A stretch of DNA of 64,000 nt from a virus: the IMG/VR virus record IMGVR_UViG_2864926767_000001. The stretch is one strand, 5' to 3'. A program made the position numbers and the translations under genes. The notes under the pieces are model-generated. The model was not told the origin of the DNA. It searched no databases and saw nothing but the letters and a program-made list of their open reading frames with translations. Shown piece after piece: positions 46,679 to 56,647 of the stretch. Position 1 is the stretch's first letter. Every line of letters begins with the position of its first letter.

Positions 46679-47407
46679 ATGCAGCGCGAAAACCACTACG
46701 TGTATCAGCCCATCGTGGACATGCAGAGCCTAGCGCTGGTGCGTTATGAGGCGCTGCTGAGAGTTGCGGGAGTGTGCAATATCGAGGAGTACATCAAAGG
46801 CCTCGAGCACACTGGCGCAATTATCGATCTAGATCTGATGACCCTACGAACGGTCATCAGCGAGGCTGAGGCTATTGCTCACCCTAAACCGACTCCTGTC
46901 GCGGTAAATATATCAGCGATCAGTCTTTCTGACTCCCTTTTTCAGAGAAAGGCGATTGATGTACTGATGAATCGAAAGAGCAGAGTTGTTCTTTCCCTGG
47001 AAATTACAGAAACGGCGCCAATTAAGAACCTGAACCTCGCCATGCTTTTCATCCATAAATTGCACCGTGCCGGCTGCACTGTCGGCATGGATGACTACGG
47101 CGAAGGTCACGCCAACCTGGAGCTAATCGACGACCTGGGCCTGGACTACATCAAGCTAGCTTCGTCGCTCACGATCAACCTTGAAACCAGCAGTGCGGCC
47201 AGGAACCTGTGCCGGCACGCGATCATTGCCGCAGACGAGAAGTGCATCGACGTCGTCGCCGAGCACATCGACAAGGTCAGCCAGTACACCTTGCTTCGAG
47301 AAATGGGTATACACCAGGGACAAGGCTGGTTGTTTGCCAAGGCCGCTCCAAAGCTCACCGACGTCGATGGCTTCGAATCCTACCTACGGAAGCAATTCCT
47401 GCCGTAA
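46679..47407 (+). CDS. Stand-alone EAL domain protein
   Basis: YQPIVD, YEALLR, AVNIS, LEITET, MDDYG, YIKL, VVAE, QGWLF. Confidence 0.9.
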   Translation: MQRENHYVYQPIVDMQSLALVRYEALLRVAGVCNIEEYIKGLEHTGAIIDLDLMTLRTVISEAEAIAHPKPTPVAVNISAISLSDSLFQRKAIDVLMNRKSRVVLSLEITETAPIKNLNLAMLFIHKLHRAGCTVGMDDYGEGHANLELIDDLGLDYIKLASSLTINLETSSAARNLCRHAIIAADEKCIDVVAEHIDKVSQYTLLREMGIHQGQGWLFAKAAPKLTDVDGFESYLRKQFLP

Positions 47408-47448
47408 AGCCCAGGAAGGGGCCCTGCAGGGGCTTCCAGACACAAAAG

Positions 47449-47473
47449 AAAAGGCCGGCTAACGCCGGCCTTG
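47449..47473 (-). terminator. Intrinsic terminator
   Basis: AAAAGGCCGGC-TAAC-GCCGGCCTT. Confidence 0.65.
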
Positions 47474-47485
47474 TCATTTCAGCCT

Positions 47486-47932
47486 TCAGGGCTCCATCGA
47501 GTCAGAGGGGCTGGAGGTAGATCGCTTGGGCTTCTTCTTGAACTCCACCCCGAAGTGGTTCTCCAGGATGTCCATCATGAGTGCGAAGGCCTTGGGGCTT
47601 TTCTCTGCCATCTTAGCCCGGCCGGTGCCTATGCCCTCCTCAGGGAAGACCAGGGTTTTACCCTGGCGACCCAGCTTGAAGAGCTCACGCAACCTACTTT
47701 TTACCAGCTCAATCTCCTCCTCCTTGTCGGAGAAGAACGAGCTGGCCGCGTTGGAGGGCGCCACCTTGGTTGGCACACCGAAGGCATTGGGTTCGTCCCG
47801 GATCACGGCCTGGCCGGCGCCGGGAGCTTTGCCCTTACCTACCGTGTTGTCCCCAAAGACGAAAATGTCATTGGGGGCCTTTCGGCACTCATCGGCGGTG
47901 TAGGTTTTCACGTAACGGATTTTGAAGCCCAT
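47486..47932 (-). CDS. Phage-type conserved protein (IFVFGDN family, macro-like)
   Basis: IFVFGDN..GAGQAVIRDEPNAFGVPTK..FP..GIGTGRA. Confidence 0.65.
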   Translation of the reverse strand: MGFKIRYVKTYTADECRKAPNDIFVFGDNTVGKGKAPGAGQAVIRDEPNAFGVPTKVAPSNAASSFFSDKEEEIELVKSRLRELFKLGRQGKTLVFPEEGIGTGRAKMAEKSPKAFALMMDILENHFGVEFKKKPKRSTSSPSDSMEP

Positions 47933-47948
47933 TTTGTTCACTTCTGGA

Positions 47949-50627
47949 TTATCGGCGTCCTGAGCCTGACCCTGGCCTAGCTGACCCCCTGGCAGAGCCC
48001 CCGGAGGACTTACTGCCGGCTGAGCCGCCAGACGAGGAACCGCTCTTGGAATCCTTGGCATGCTTATCCAAGAATTGCTTACAAGCGGCGTAGCTTTCAA
48101 GCACTTCAGGCCCAGGCTTCTGATCGTCAGCCAGCCTCTCTATGATCTTCTTCGCGAAGTTGATCATCGCCTGCGTCGGCGGATTCTGACCCTTGGCCTT
48201 GTCGTAGGCGGTTTTGTGGGCCTCGATGAAGGCGGATACCTTGGAGCGGTCTTTCTTGTCCTCCTCGCCTATCTTGATCCCCAGGGCTGCCTCGATCTTG
48301 GACACGTAGTCGATCTGCGCGTCACTCGGAGCACCCGGCGCACCGCCGGCCTCCCCAGGTGCCTTACGCTTGATGCCGTGCTCATCCAGGAAGGCCTGGG
48401 CCTTCTTCGGATCAGATAGAGCACCAGACGGAACCTTGATGTTCTTGCGCTTGCAGACCGACTGGATGAGTTCTTTCAGCTTTGGAGTTACGACATCAAG
48501 CTCACGCGGAAGAGGGGCGAGGCCCGCGTCCTTGTACTTGTTGTTCATCCAGTGGATGTAGTTCTCGATCTTCGTGATGGTCGCATCGACGAATTTGGCC
48601 TGGAACTGGAGGGCCTCAGTATCGTCCTCGATTTCCACCAGCTGGGCCAACTGGCCCTCCCACTCTGCTGTGGTTTCGATCCTGTACATCCACTCGTGCC
48701 CGTTGTCGCACTGGTAGCGGATGTACTCATCGCCTTTCGGTTCACAGAAGATGTTCCCCTTGTCGCGCACGTCGATGTAGCCACGGGCACGAAGGTTCGG
48801 CAGAACCGTCTCCCTGGTCGAAGGCGTACCGATCCCCTCGGGCTTGTTAACGCCGTCAGCCAAATAGGCACGCATCACCGGGTCGTCGACATACTTGGCC
48901 GCTTTAAGCAGCACTTCTTCGAAGGAGCCTTCGTTAAAGCGGTTCGGACACTTCGTCTTACTCTCGACCAGCTCGACTGCGGTGAGCGGGACAGGATCGT
49001 TCTTCTCCAGTTTCTGGAGAATGACATCGTCTTTCTTCTTCTCCGGAGGGAAGAAGGCCATGTAGCCAGGATCGATGAGACGGCGGCCCTGAGCTTTAAA
49101 CACGGCATAGTCATGACCGAGCAGATCCTTCGTGGGAACCGCGATGGTGATCGTCTGGGTCGCTACGGTTGCCGGAGGCAGGTGTGCCTGGACGTAGCGT
49201 TTCGCGATCAGCTGGTAAGCAATACGCATGTGCTCGGCTGTGTGCACGATGCGATCCTTTACCTTCATATTCGGTCGCATCGCTGCAAGGGCCGCTGCAT
49301 CGACCTTGCGGTTCGAAGGAATGATCCCCCAGTGCTCAAGCTTCTTGTTGGGCGGCGCATAAGAATCAGGCAAGAAGGGTTTGTACTGCTGATCCTTGCC
49401 ATCGTGGATGGCCATGGCCTTGTTCGCCGCTTCCGTGATTCCGGGTACATCCATCACGTTGTTGAAGCGCGAGTTACGCTCTTCGGGCGCGTAGAAGCTC
49501 TGCGGAATTTCTTTCTTGTCGGTACGCGCGTAAGAGGTGTAGCCCTGCAGATAGAGGTCTTCGAAGACCGCCTGGGCCTGCTCGCCATTGATCTTCGTGG
49601 CCTTGATCAGAAGCGACTTGGCTTCAACCAGGTGGAAGGTGCCATCCGGATTGTCGGACTTGATGGCCTCTTTGTAGTCGATAACGATGGCACGATGGGC
49701 GTTTTCCATGAGGCGACGTTTAAAGTCGTCGACCATGGCTTTATCCGCCCACAGCGGTTCATCCAGCTGCTTTTTCTCAGCGTTACCGCGAGGAACCCAA
49801 AGGACACCCTTGGGCTGGGAGTCGATGATTTCCTGGGTGACTTTAGGGGCGTACTCGATGTGGGTGAGGGGGGTACCCTTGACGTCGAAGTCACCGAAGA
49901 TGTTGAAGAACGGCTGTGCGACGAAGTTCTTGATCTTCTGCTCTTGCAGCCAGATCAGATAGAGGGCGGCGCCCTGAACCCGGCCGCTGGAGACAACCGA
50001 CTCACGCTTATTCCCACGCCCAAGGTAACGACCCATTGCGCCACGGCGGGCCCAGTACGTCATATCCCGAACCAGGTGCATGTAAGCCCGGTCGCAGAGG
50101 CCGCGTGCCTCCGCAGAGCGATACCCTGATTTCTTTACATGACCAGGAAGCAGATTCGTGAAGGCCTTGTCGACCGATACCTTGTCGTAGCCTTCAGAGA
50201 GCCACAGGCGTTCGACCTTCCCCTTGAAATTGAAATGCTCGATGATCGCCCAGCCGATCCACTCACCCTCTCTATCAGGGTCAGTTGCGATAACGACGCT
50301 ATCAGCATCCTTCAGGACGCTGCCGATTCGCTTGAGGCGATCCTGAGAAAGCTCCTTGTTGGAGCCATCCGGTTCTTCAATCACCGGAACGGTCTTCACC
50401 GCTCTTGGAATAGGTGCGAGGGCGAACGGATTTTCCCACCCGAGGCCTGGCGTGATCTCATCCGGATCCAGGTGCCGGGTAAGATGGCCTCGCGCCCATT
50501 GCATGACGTACAGGCGACCTTTGTGCGTACCCTCGTAGCCTCGATTCGTTCTTTGCCAGCCAAGGGCTGCTGCCAGGTCTTTTGCCTGGGGGCCCTTCTC
50601 GCAAACTACTGCTGTGTAAGACGACAT
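47949..50627 (-). CDS. topB: Type IA topoisomerase (TopB/TraE-like) with C-terminal helical repeats
   Basis: CEKG, ARGHL, ATDPDREGE, SSGRVQ, catalytic SYARTD, GIGTPSTR; repeats PSDAQIDY and PTQAMINF. Confidence 0.9.
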   Translation of the reverse strand: MSSYTAVVCEKGPQAKDLAAALGWQRTNRGYEGTHKGRLYVMQWARGHLTRHLDPDEITPGLGWENPFALAPIPRAVKTVPVIEEPDGSNKELSQDRLKRIGSVLKDADSVVIATDPDREGEWIGWAIIEHFNFKGKVERLWLSEGYDKVSVDKAFTNLLPGHVKKSGYRSAEARGLCDRAYMHLVRDMTYWARRGAMGRYLGRGNKRESVVSSGRVQGAALYLIWLQEQKIKNFVAQPFFNIFGDFDVKGTPLTHIEYAPKVTQEIIDSQPKGVLWVPRGNAEKKQLDEPLWADKAMVDDFKRRLMENAHRAIVIDYKEAIKSDNPDGTFHLVEAKSLLIKATKINGEQAQAVFEDLYLQGYTSYARTDKKEIPQSFYAPEERNSRFNNVMDVPGITEAANKAMAIHDGKDQQYKPFLPDSYAPPNKKLEHWGIIPSNRKVDAAALAAMRPNMKVKDRIVHTAEHMRIAYQLIAKRYVQAHLPPATVATQTITIAVPTKDLLGHDYAVFKAQGRRLIDPGYMAFFPPEKKKDDVILQKLEKNDPVPLTAVELVESKTKCPNRFNEGSFEEVLLKAAKYVDDPVMRAYLADGVNKPEGIGTPSTRETVLPNLRARGYIDVRDKGNIFCEPKGDEYIRYQCDNGHEWMYRIETTAEWEGQLAQLVEIEDDTEALQFQAKFVDATITKIENYIHWMNNKYKDAGLAPLPRELDVVTPKLKELIQSVCKRKNIKVPSGALSDPKKAQAFLDEHGIKRKAPGEAGGAPGAPSDAQIDYVSKIEAALGIKIGEEDKKDRSKVSAFIEAHKTAYDKAKGQNPPTQAMINFAKKIIERLADDQKPGPEVLESYAACKQFLDKHAKDSKSGSSSGGSAGSKSSGGSARGSARPGSGSGRR

Positions 50628-51281
50628 TTACTCTATAAACCTCAGCTTCTTCTGTCGAGTGTCTATCGTGATGACCCTCGACTCTGGTTGTGCCCTCAAG
50701 GAAACCGGCGCCTGGGCGGAGTAGGGGCGGGCTACCGCGCCTGGGTCTGCCTCAATCGCCGCTTCGAGAGCAGCAAGCGAAGGAATCGACGTGGCCACAC
50801 GAAGGGAGCGACCCCAGTTCGTGGTGCGCCCCAGCGACTCGCTCTCTCTACCGACGCGGATGCCCTCGACAAGGCGCGAATACGCAGTAACGGCCTTTTC
50901 GAGGTAAGTGCGTCGGACACTCGGGGTTTTCGAGTGGTAATTGCCGATGGCCACCCAAGCCTTGCCCTCGTTGTCCGTCATGTGACGGGAGAGCAGCCAG
51001 GTGCCGGCCATGATGTTCTTGCAGGGGTTGTAGACCAGATCCCGCGCGGTGTACCCGAAACGACGGAAAATATCGACCAGGTGGGTCGTGTTGATCTGCA
51101 TCGGGCCCATGTCGAACGAATTGTCGGTGTTCTTGCGGATCGTGCCGATCTGCCCGCCCTCTACGGCCAGGACAGTCTTGGTCATAATCGGGGCGACATT
51201 CGGGAACTGGGCCTGGGCCACCGCGATGCACTGGTTGATCTGCATCAGGTCGAGCGGGACTTCGGGAGGTAGATCAGCCAC
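50628..51281 (-). CDS. Lytic transglycosylase (SLT; PilT/VirB1-like)
   Basis: AVEGG, DMGPMQIN, PCKNIMAGTWLL, AIGNYHSKTP. Confidence 0.88.
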   Translation of the reverse strand: MADLPPEVPLDLMQINQCIAVAQAQFPNVAPIMTKTVLAVEGGQIGTIRKNTDNSFDMGPMQINTTHLVDIFRRFGYTARDLVYNPCKNIMAGTWLLSRHMTDNEGKAWVAIGNYHSKTPSVRRTYLEKAVTAYSRLVEGIRVGRESESLGRTTNWGRSLRVATSIPSLAALEAAIEADPGAVARPYSAQAPVSLRAQPESRVITIDTRQKKLRFIE

Positions 51282-51780
51282 TGGAGTTACCTTTGGCTGC
51301 CTTCCGGGCGCTCGGCGATCTGGTTTTCACCTTGCTGGAGGACTTCGTACCGGTCTCGTAGATCTCGATCCCATGGATGTCCTTCATCAAGCGCTTTTTC
51401 TGCAGGTACTCGCGGGTGCGGAAGCCTTTGAAGTCCTCAACAACTTCCCGGCCCTTCTCGGTGTACACGAAGTCCGCGATGTAGGTGGAGACCAGGCAGT
51501 CGCCGATCTGAAGGGGATAGCGCACCTGGCGGCGTAGATCACTGATCACCCCGGCGCGCTCGAGCAACTGCAGGTCGAGGAAGCGCTTGTACTCGCCCTT
51601 GGAGTCGAAATACCCCTCAGGCGCATTCACCGGCTCGGCCTTGAACTTGCTCTTGCCCTTTCCACCCTTGCCTTTCTTCTCCTCCGGCCCTGCGGCCGCC
51701 AGCACCTGCCGAAAATCGGCCGCACTGATCCGGGTGACGCTCGCATCGAGCTTCACATTCCGGAAGGAGACCGCTGTCAC
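51274..51780 (-). CDS. DUF1064-family PD-(D/E)xK endonuclease
   Basis: SKFKA, FDSKGE, LRRQVRY, YIADFVY, VVEDFKG, Y..KKRL. Confidence 0.8.
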   Translation of the reverse strand: MTAVSFRNVKLDASVTRISAADFRQVLAAAGPEEKKGKGGKGKSKFKAEPVNAPEGYFDSKGEYKRFLDLQLLERAGVISDLRRQVRYPLQIGDCLVSTYIADFVYTEKGREVVEDFKGFRTREYLQKKRLMKDIHGIEIYETGTKSSSKVKTRSPSARKAAKGNSSG

Positions 51781-52037
51781 TCGTCGAGTTCCCCGAACAT
51801 CGCAGAGCTCACCAGCGGGCGGCCGGCGTTGCGTAGCCTGGCGTTCTCACGGTCTTCCCAGTCCTTGGCGCAGTCTTTGTCGCACCAGCGCTTGGGAGCG
51901 GGCAGGGGGTGTTCGCAGTTGAGGCACTCGCCCGTGTAGGCGGGGCCTTTCTCGCTCTTTCCGCGAGCATTCGCCAGGCTTACGTCGAGAAAAAGTTGCT
52001 CGACGTCGGAAGCCATATCCGATTCGTTTGCCATCAC
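51777..52037 (-). CDS. TraR/DksA-like C4 zinc-finger protein
   Basis: N-terminal NESDMAS helix; CLNC..RWCDKDC. Confidence 0.65.
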   Translation of the reverse strand: MMANESDMASDVEQLFLDVSLANARGKSEKGPAYTGECLNCEHPLPAPKRWCDKDCAKDWEDRENARLRNAGRPLVSSAMFGELDE

Positions 52038-52213
52038 TACAGCCTTGAAACAGAGGGGTTGAACAGCTCAGTCGTGCAATTTATGCAAAAAAGAGAGTGT
52101 GTCCACTCAGTTTTTCATCTAAATTTTGGCGCGTCAATATACGAACAATTGCAGCTCCACGACCGTCGATGCCATGATGGAGGGAGCCAAGGAATCACAT
52201 TTAAGGTGCGCAC

Positions 52214-54355
52214 GTGAGCAAGCCGCAGACCACGCACGAGAAGCTTTTGCAGCTCCCGGAAGAGGAACGCCGGGCTTACTTGCTGTCCGACCTTAACCCC
52301 GAGCAGTACGAGGCCGCGACCACCATTGAGGGCGCGGTGCTCAACCTTGCCCCGCCCGGCGGCGGCAAGACCAAGACCATGACCAGCCGCGCGGCGAACA
52401 TGCTCTTGTCCGGCATTCTGCCGAGCAACCTGCTAATGATGACCTTCACCAACGAAGGGGCCGCCGAGCTGAAGACCCGCCTGGAAAACATGGTGGGGCC
52501 CAATGCCCAGCACATCACCGCCGGCACCTTCCACAGCATCATCTTCCGACACATCCTTCAGAACTACGCCGACCACGAGTACCTGAAGAGCATCGACCTC
52601 AACATGGCCGAGTGCGTCATCCTGGATGACAAGGAGAGCAAGACGCTCTTCGATGAAGCCATCAAGTCCCTGGACGAGACTTCTCAGGAGCTTCTGAAGG
52701 AGTCCGACTGGGCAAAGCGTATACCCAAGGAAATGGCTGCCGCCCGCGCACACGGCAAAGACGTAGAACGCTTCAAGCAGGATATGCTGGGCAATGGCGA
52801 CGAAAACGAGATGCTGTACCGCATCACGGTCGACGTCTGGCGTGCCTACACCAAGCTGTGCAGGGATGCCGGCGGCATCGACTTCGACGACATCCTGGTC
52901 GTAGCGAAGAACCTGCTACAGAAAGACCCGAACGTATCGTTCGAGCTGGCGCAGAAGTGGAAGTACATCATGCTCGACGAGTATCAGGACACTAACCCTG
53001 TCCAGATGAAGATCGTCGACGAGATCGCTCAGCACCACGGCAACCTCTACGCAGTGGGTGACGACAAGCAGTCGATCTATGGTTTCCGTGGTTCGGACAT
53101 CGAAGTGATCATGGGCTTCATCCGTCGCTACCCACACGCCAAGCTCATCGAGATGAACCGGAACTACCGGTCGACGCCGAACATCCTGGCGGCGGCAAAC
53201 GCCCTGGCGGCCTGCATGACCCGGAAGCTCGGAGAGGGCTTCATGGTACCCGGCGATGAAAAGCGCTGGAGGGACACCCAGGGCCAGGAAGTTGCCATGG
53301 TCAGCTTCGAGCGTCAGCAGGATGAAGCGGAGGTCGTCGTTGCTGCGATCAAGCGCGACATCGCTCGTGGCCAGAAACCCAAGGACATTGCCATCCTATA
53401 CCGCTCGAGGACTTGCAAGGACGACATCGAGAAAGAACTGGTCAAGCAAGGCGTCGAGTACCGTATCTCCGGTGACATCAGCTTCTTCCAGCGTGCCGAG
53501 GTCAAGAACGTCGTTGCGCTGCTGCGCACCACTTACCGCCCGTGGGATTCAATGGCAGTTCTGCGCGTGCTGGATAACACCAGCTTCGGAGTATCGGGCA
53601 TGGCCGCCAAGAAGGCCATGAAGCCCAAAGCCGGCGAGAAGGGCAGGACTGCCATGGCCTACCTAGAAGAGTGCGCCACCAAAGTCCGCGCGGACAAAAC
53701 ACCAACGGCCGTCGCCGAGAAGGTCGGCCCGTTCATCAAGTCCATGCGTTCCATTCGCCAACTTGCCGCCCTGGGCGAGGACGTTGAGTACCTCCGGGGT
53801 GCCTTTGAGCGCCTGTGGCAGTACTACATGCTCCCGAACCTGAAGCGCGCGGCTTCCAAAGACGATGACGCCATCGACAGCGCAGTCGAATCGCGCATGC
53901 TGAACGTGCAGCACCTGCTCGACCGCTTCTATGGCGAAGTAGAAAAGGGCCGCAAGCCAGAAGATATCCTGGACGAGCTGTCCTTGTTGGGTGAGGCCAC
54001 CCGCGACAACTCGGCGAACCCAGATGAGTCCATCCAACTGATGACCATGCACGCCTCCAAGGGTAAGGAGTTCCCGCATGTGTACGTGGTGGGCTTCGAC
54101 CGTGACTCGACCCCCGGAGAAGAGCCCTCTGAAGAGGATATGGAGGAAGAGCGCCGGATCGCATTCGTAGGGATCACCCGCGCCATGGAAAAGCTAGTGA
54201 TGACCTACCCCAAGCTCAAGTACAAGCACGGTGGTGAGGTGAAAACTACAGCTTCCCCCTGGGCTATTGAGATTGCGGAGGGCACCGGCAAGCCTATTCA
54301 GAACTGGCGCCGGCCGGCGCCGAAGAGGGAGTCCTCCGGGCCATCGGTCTACTGA
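52214..54355 (+). CDS. uvrD: UvrD/PcrA-like SF1A helicase
   Basis: GGGKT, TFTN, GTFHS, LDEYQDTN, VGDDKQSIYGFRG, NYRST, TMHASKGKEF, FVGITRA. Confidence 0.93.
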   Translation: MSKPQTTHEKLLQLPEEERRAYLLSDLNPEQYEAATTIEGAVLNLAPPGGGKTKTMTSRAANMLLSGILPSNLLMMTFTNEGAAELKTRLENMVGPNAQHITAGTFHSIIFRHILQNYADHEYLKSIDLNMAECVILDDKESKTLFDEAIKSLDETSQELLKESDWAKRIPKEMAAARAHGKDVERFKQDMLGNGDENEMLYRITVDVWRAYTKLCRDAGGIDFDDILVVAKNLLQKDPNVSFELAQKWKYIMLDEYQDTNPVQMKIVDEIAQHHGNLYAVGDDKQSIYGFRGSDIEVIMGFIRRYPHAKLIEMNRNYRSTPNILAAANALAACMTRKLGEGFMVPGDEKRWRDTQGQEVAMVSFERQQDEAEVVVAAIKRDIARGQKPKDIAILYRSRTCKDDIEKELVKQGVEYRISGDISFFQRAEVKNVVALLRTTYRPWDSMAVLRVLDNTSFGVSGMAAKKAMKPKAGEKGRTAMAYLEECATKVRADKTPTAVAEKVGPFIKSMRSIRQLAALGEDVEYLRGAFERLWQYYMLPNLKRAASKDDDAIDSAVESRMLNVQHLLDRFYGEVEKGRKPEDILDELSLLGEATRDNSANPDESIQLMTMHASKGKEFPHVYVVGFDRDSTPGEEPSEEDMEEERRIAFVGITRAMEKLVMTYPKLKYKHGGEVKTTASPWAIEIAEGTGKPIQNWRRPAPKRESSGPSVY

Positions 54356-54455
54356 CGTACCTCAGATCACGGTAACCACACCCCATCGCAAAGAGCCGGA
54401 GACGGCTCTTTCGTTTTGATCCCAACCAGCACTTTCCCTGTAAAGGACGCTTGAA

Positions 54456-54752
54456 ATGCAAAAGAACGACTTGGCTGCGACCCTGGTAGCTCTCAACGAA
54501 CGCGCTCAGGCCACCCGCGATAAGGAGATCAGGCTCAACGCCACTCTGGAAAGCACCCAGGCACAGCTAGCAGCGCTCGAAGACGAGATGATGAAGAAGT
54601 ACGGGACTTCCGACCTGGCCACGCTGCGCCAGATGTTCGAGAAGGCCCGAGACGAAGACTCCCGCGCCATCCAGGACTTCGCGAACACCATCGAGATGCG
54701 CGAAAACCTGTTGAACAAGGTCGCTCAGGATCTCGAAGGCCAACGCAAGTAA
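54456..54752 (+). CDS. Small coiled-coil protein
   Basis: 98 aa, all-helical heptad pattern, AAGGA SD. Confidence 0.75.
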   Translation: MQKNDLAATLVALNERAQATRDKEIRLNATLESTQAQLAALEDEMMKKYGTSDLATLRQMFEKARDEDSRAIQDFANTIEMRENLLNKVAQDLEGQRK

Positions 54753-54766
54753 GCAGGGGACACCCC

Positions 54767-56647
54767 ATGATCAACACCAGGGAACTGGAGCAAAGCGTTC
54801 GCCAGACTGCGATGAAAGAGACGCAGATCGGTGAGCGCTATCGCATTGCCGAGGCCCGGCAACTGCAGCTGTGCCAAGAGATCGAAGACGTAGACGCCAT
54901 GCTGTCGCGAAAGGACGATGTCCTGCGAGCGATCCACCAGGTGACCCTGTCCGCCCAGGCCCGTAACAAGGGGCTTTTCGAGGACATGCTGACCGACCTG
55001 GTCAACACCGTGATGCCAGGCAACGTCGACAAGATCGTCCTCACTTCGCGCATGCGCAACAACAAGGCCAACCTGGACTTCGACGCCATCGTCGGCGGCC
55101 GGCTGCGCAACATCGACAAAGACCTGGGCGGCTCCATCGCCAACCTGACGGCCATGGGCCTGCGCTTCATCGTGCTGGCGCGCCACCCGAACCGACGCGT
55201 GCTGTTCCTGGACGAGTCCGACTGCCACATCAACGAGGCCTACACCTCGGCTTTCGCCGCGTTCATGCAGTACCTGTCGCAGAAGATCGGCATCCAGGTG
55301 GTCTACGTTAGCCACTCAGACCCTCGCCACTTCGCGGGCCATGGCCGCGTCCTACAGCTCAACGTGGTCAACGGTAAGTCCGCATTCAAGACCATCGCGG
55401 AAGAGCCCGAGCCGGATGAGGAGTACGAAGCACCGGAGAGCGCGCTGCGCTACATCCGCCTGCAGAACTACGGCCCTCACGAGAACATCATGGTGGAGCT
55501 GTCCCCGCGCCTGACCATCATCACCGGGGACAACAACAAGGGTAAGAGCAAGTTCATCCAGGCCATGCTCGAGCTGTGCACCAACAGCGGGGAGGAAGGG
55601 CGTATCCGCGACGACATGCCGTACTTCGAGGTTGAGGTCGGCATCGAGGAGGGCATGAGCATCCTCTGGAAGTACGAGCGCAAGGGCAACAAGAAGACCT
55701 CCATGGTGCTTCGCGACGCCAATCTGACAGTGGTTGAAGAGTCTGACTCGGGCACTGGCGTGCCTGAGTGGCTGCACACCTACCTGAGCATGGCTCCGGT
55801 GGAAGGGCAGAACATCAACTTCCAGACCCAGAAGCAGCAGAACTTCATCCTGAACAACGAGATGTTCACCAGCGGCCAGCGCGCCATGCTCCTCCCTTTG
55901 GGGCGTGAATCGCGGGACGTGATGCGCATCAACCAGATGTTCAACGAGAAGGTGACCGAGGCCCGCTCCAAGCGTGTTTCCCTGGAAAAGGAGCTCAACG
56001 TCTACCAAAACCAGCTGGCGATCATGTCTCTGGTGGTTCAGAACCCCTATGACCCACTGCTGATGCAAAGGCAGTGCGCTGAGATTCTCGAGGCCCTGGG
56101 CACCCTGGAGAGCATGGAGGCAGACCTCAAACGCCTCGAAACCCTTCAGTCAAAGGTCACTATCCTCGACGAGGCTGACGGGAAGCTGTCCCGTGTACCT
56201 GCAAACACGGTCAAATTGATGGCCAGTGACGAGCTGGCCACCGGGATCAATCAGATCGAGGTGCTGACCCGGTGTATTGGTGGCCTCAAACAACTGGCGG
56301 AACTCCCAGCAATGCGTGATGCCCCGGTACTTCAGGTGGAATACCGGAACGAGATCGGACAGGCAGGCGCCAAGCTGAAGAAGCTACGCGAGATGGTGTC
56401 CGCGCTGGGCCAGCTGAGGGATCTGAAGCCCGCAGACGTACCCAAGATCACGGACACCTCAGAGCTCCAGGACAGCATTCAGCGCTTGGCGGCCAGCCAT
56501 ACCAGCCTTGAGAAGTCCCGGACGGAGCTCACTGCCTGCCAGGAAGAGATGAAAAGGATCGAGACCCAACGGGCTGAGTTGCATGAAGCCCTGGGCGGCG
56601 TCTGCCCAACCTGCAATGGCCCGTTGAAGGAGCATAGTCATGACTGA
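54767..56647 (+). CDS. Circularly permuted Rad50/SbcC-type ABC ATPase
   Basis: Signature LGGS, Walker B VLFLDES and H-loop VSH come before YIRLQNY and Walker A GDNNKGKS; CPTC hook at the extreme C-terminus. Confidence 0.8.
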   Translation: MINTRELEQSVRQTAMKETQIGERYRIAEARQLQLCQEIEDVDAMLSRKDDVLRAIHQVTLSAQARNKGLFEDMLTDLVNTVMPGNVDKIVLTSRMRNNKANLDFDAIVGGRLRNIDKDLGGSIANLTAMGLRFIVLARHPNRRVLFLDESDCHINEAYTSAFAAFMQYLSQKIGIQVVYVSHSDPRHFAGHGRVLQLNVVNGKSAFKTIAEEPEPDEEYEAPESALRYIRLQNYGPHENIMVELSPRLTIITGDNNKGKSKFIQAMLELCTNSGEEGRIRDDMPYFEVEVGIEEGMSILWKYERKGNKKTSMVLRDANLTVVEESDSGTGVPEWLHTYLSMAPVEGQNINFQTQKQQNFILNNEMFTSGQRAMLLPLGRESRDVMRINQMFNEKVTEARSKRVSLEKELNVYQNQLAIMSLVVQNPYDPLLMQRQCAEILEALGTLESMEADLKRLETLQSKVTILDEADGKLSRVPANTVKLMASDELATGINQIEVLTRCIGGLKQLAELPAMRDAPVLQVEYRNEIGQAGAKLKKLREMVSALGQLRDLKPADVPKITDTSELQDSIQRLAASHTSLEKSRTELTACQEEMKRIETQRAELHEALGGVCPTCNGPLKEHSHD

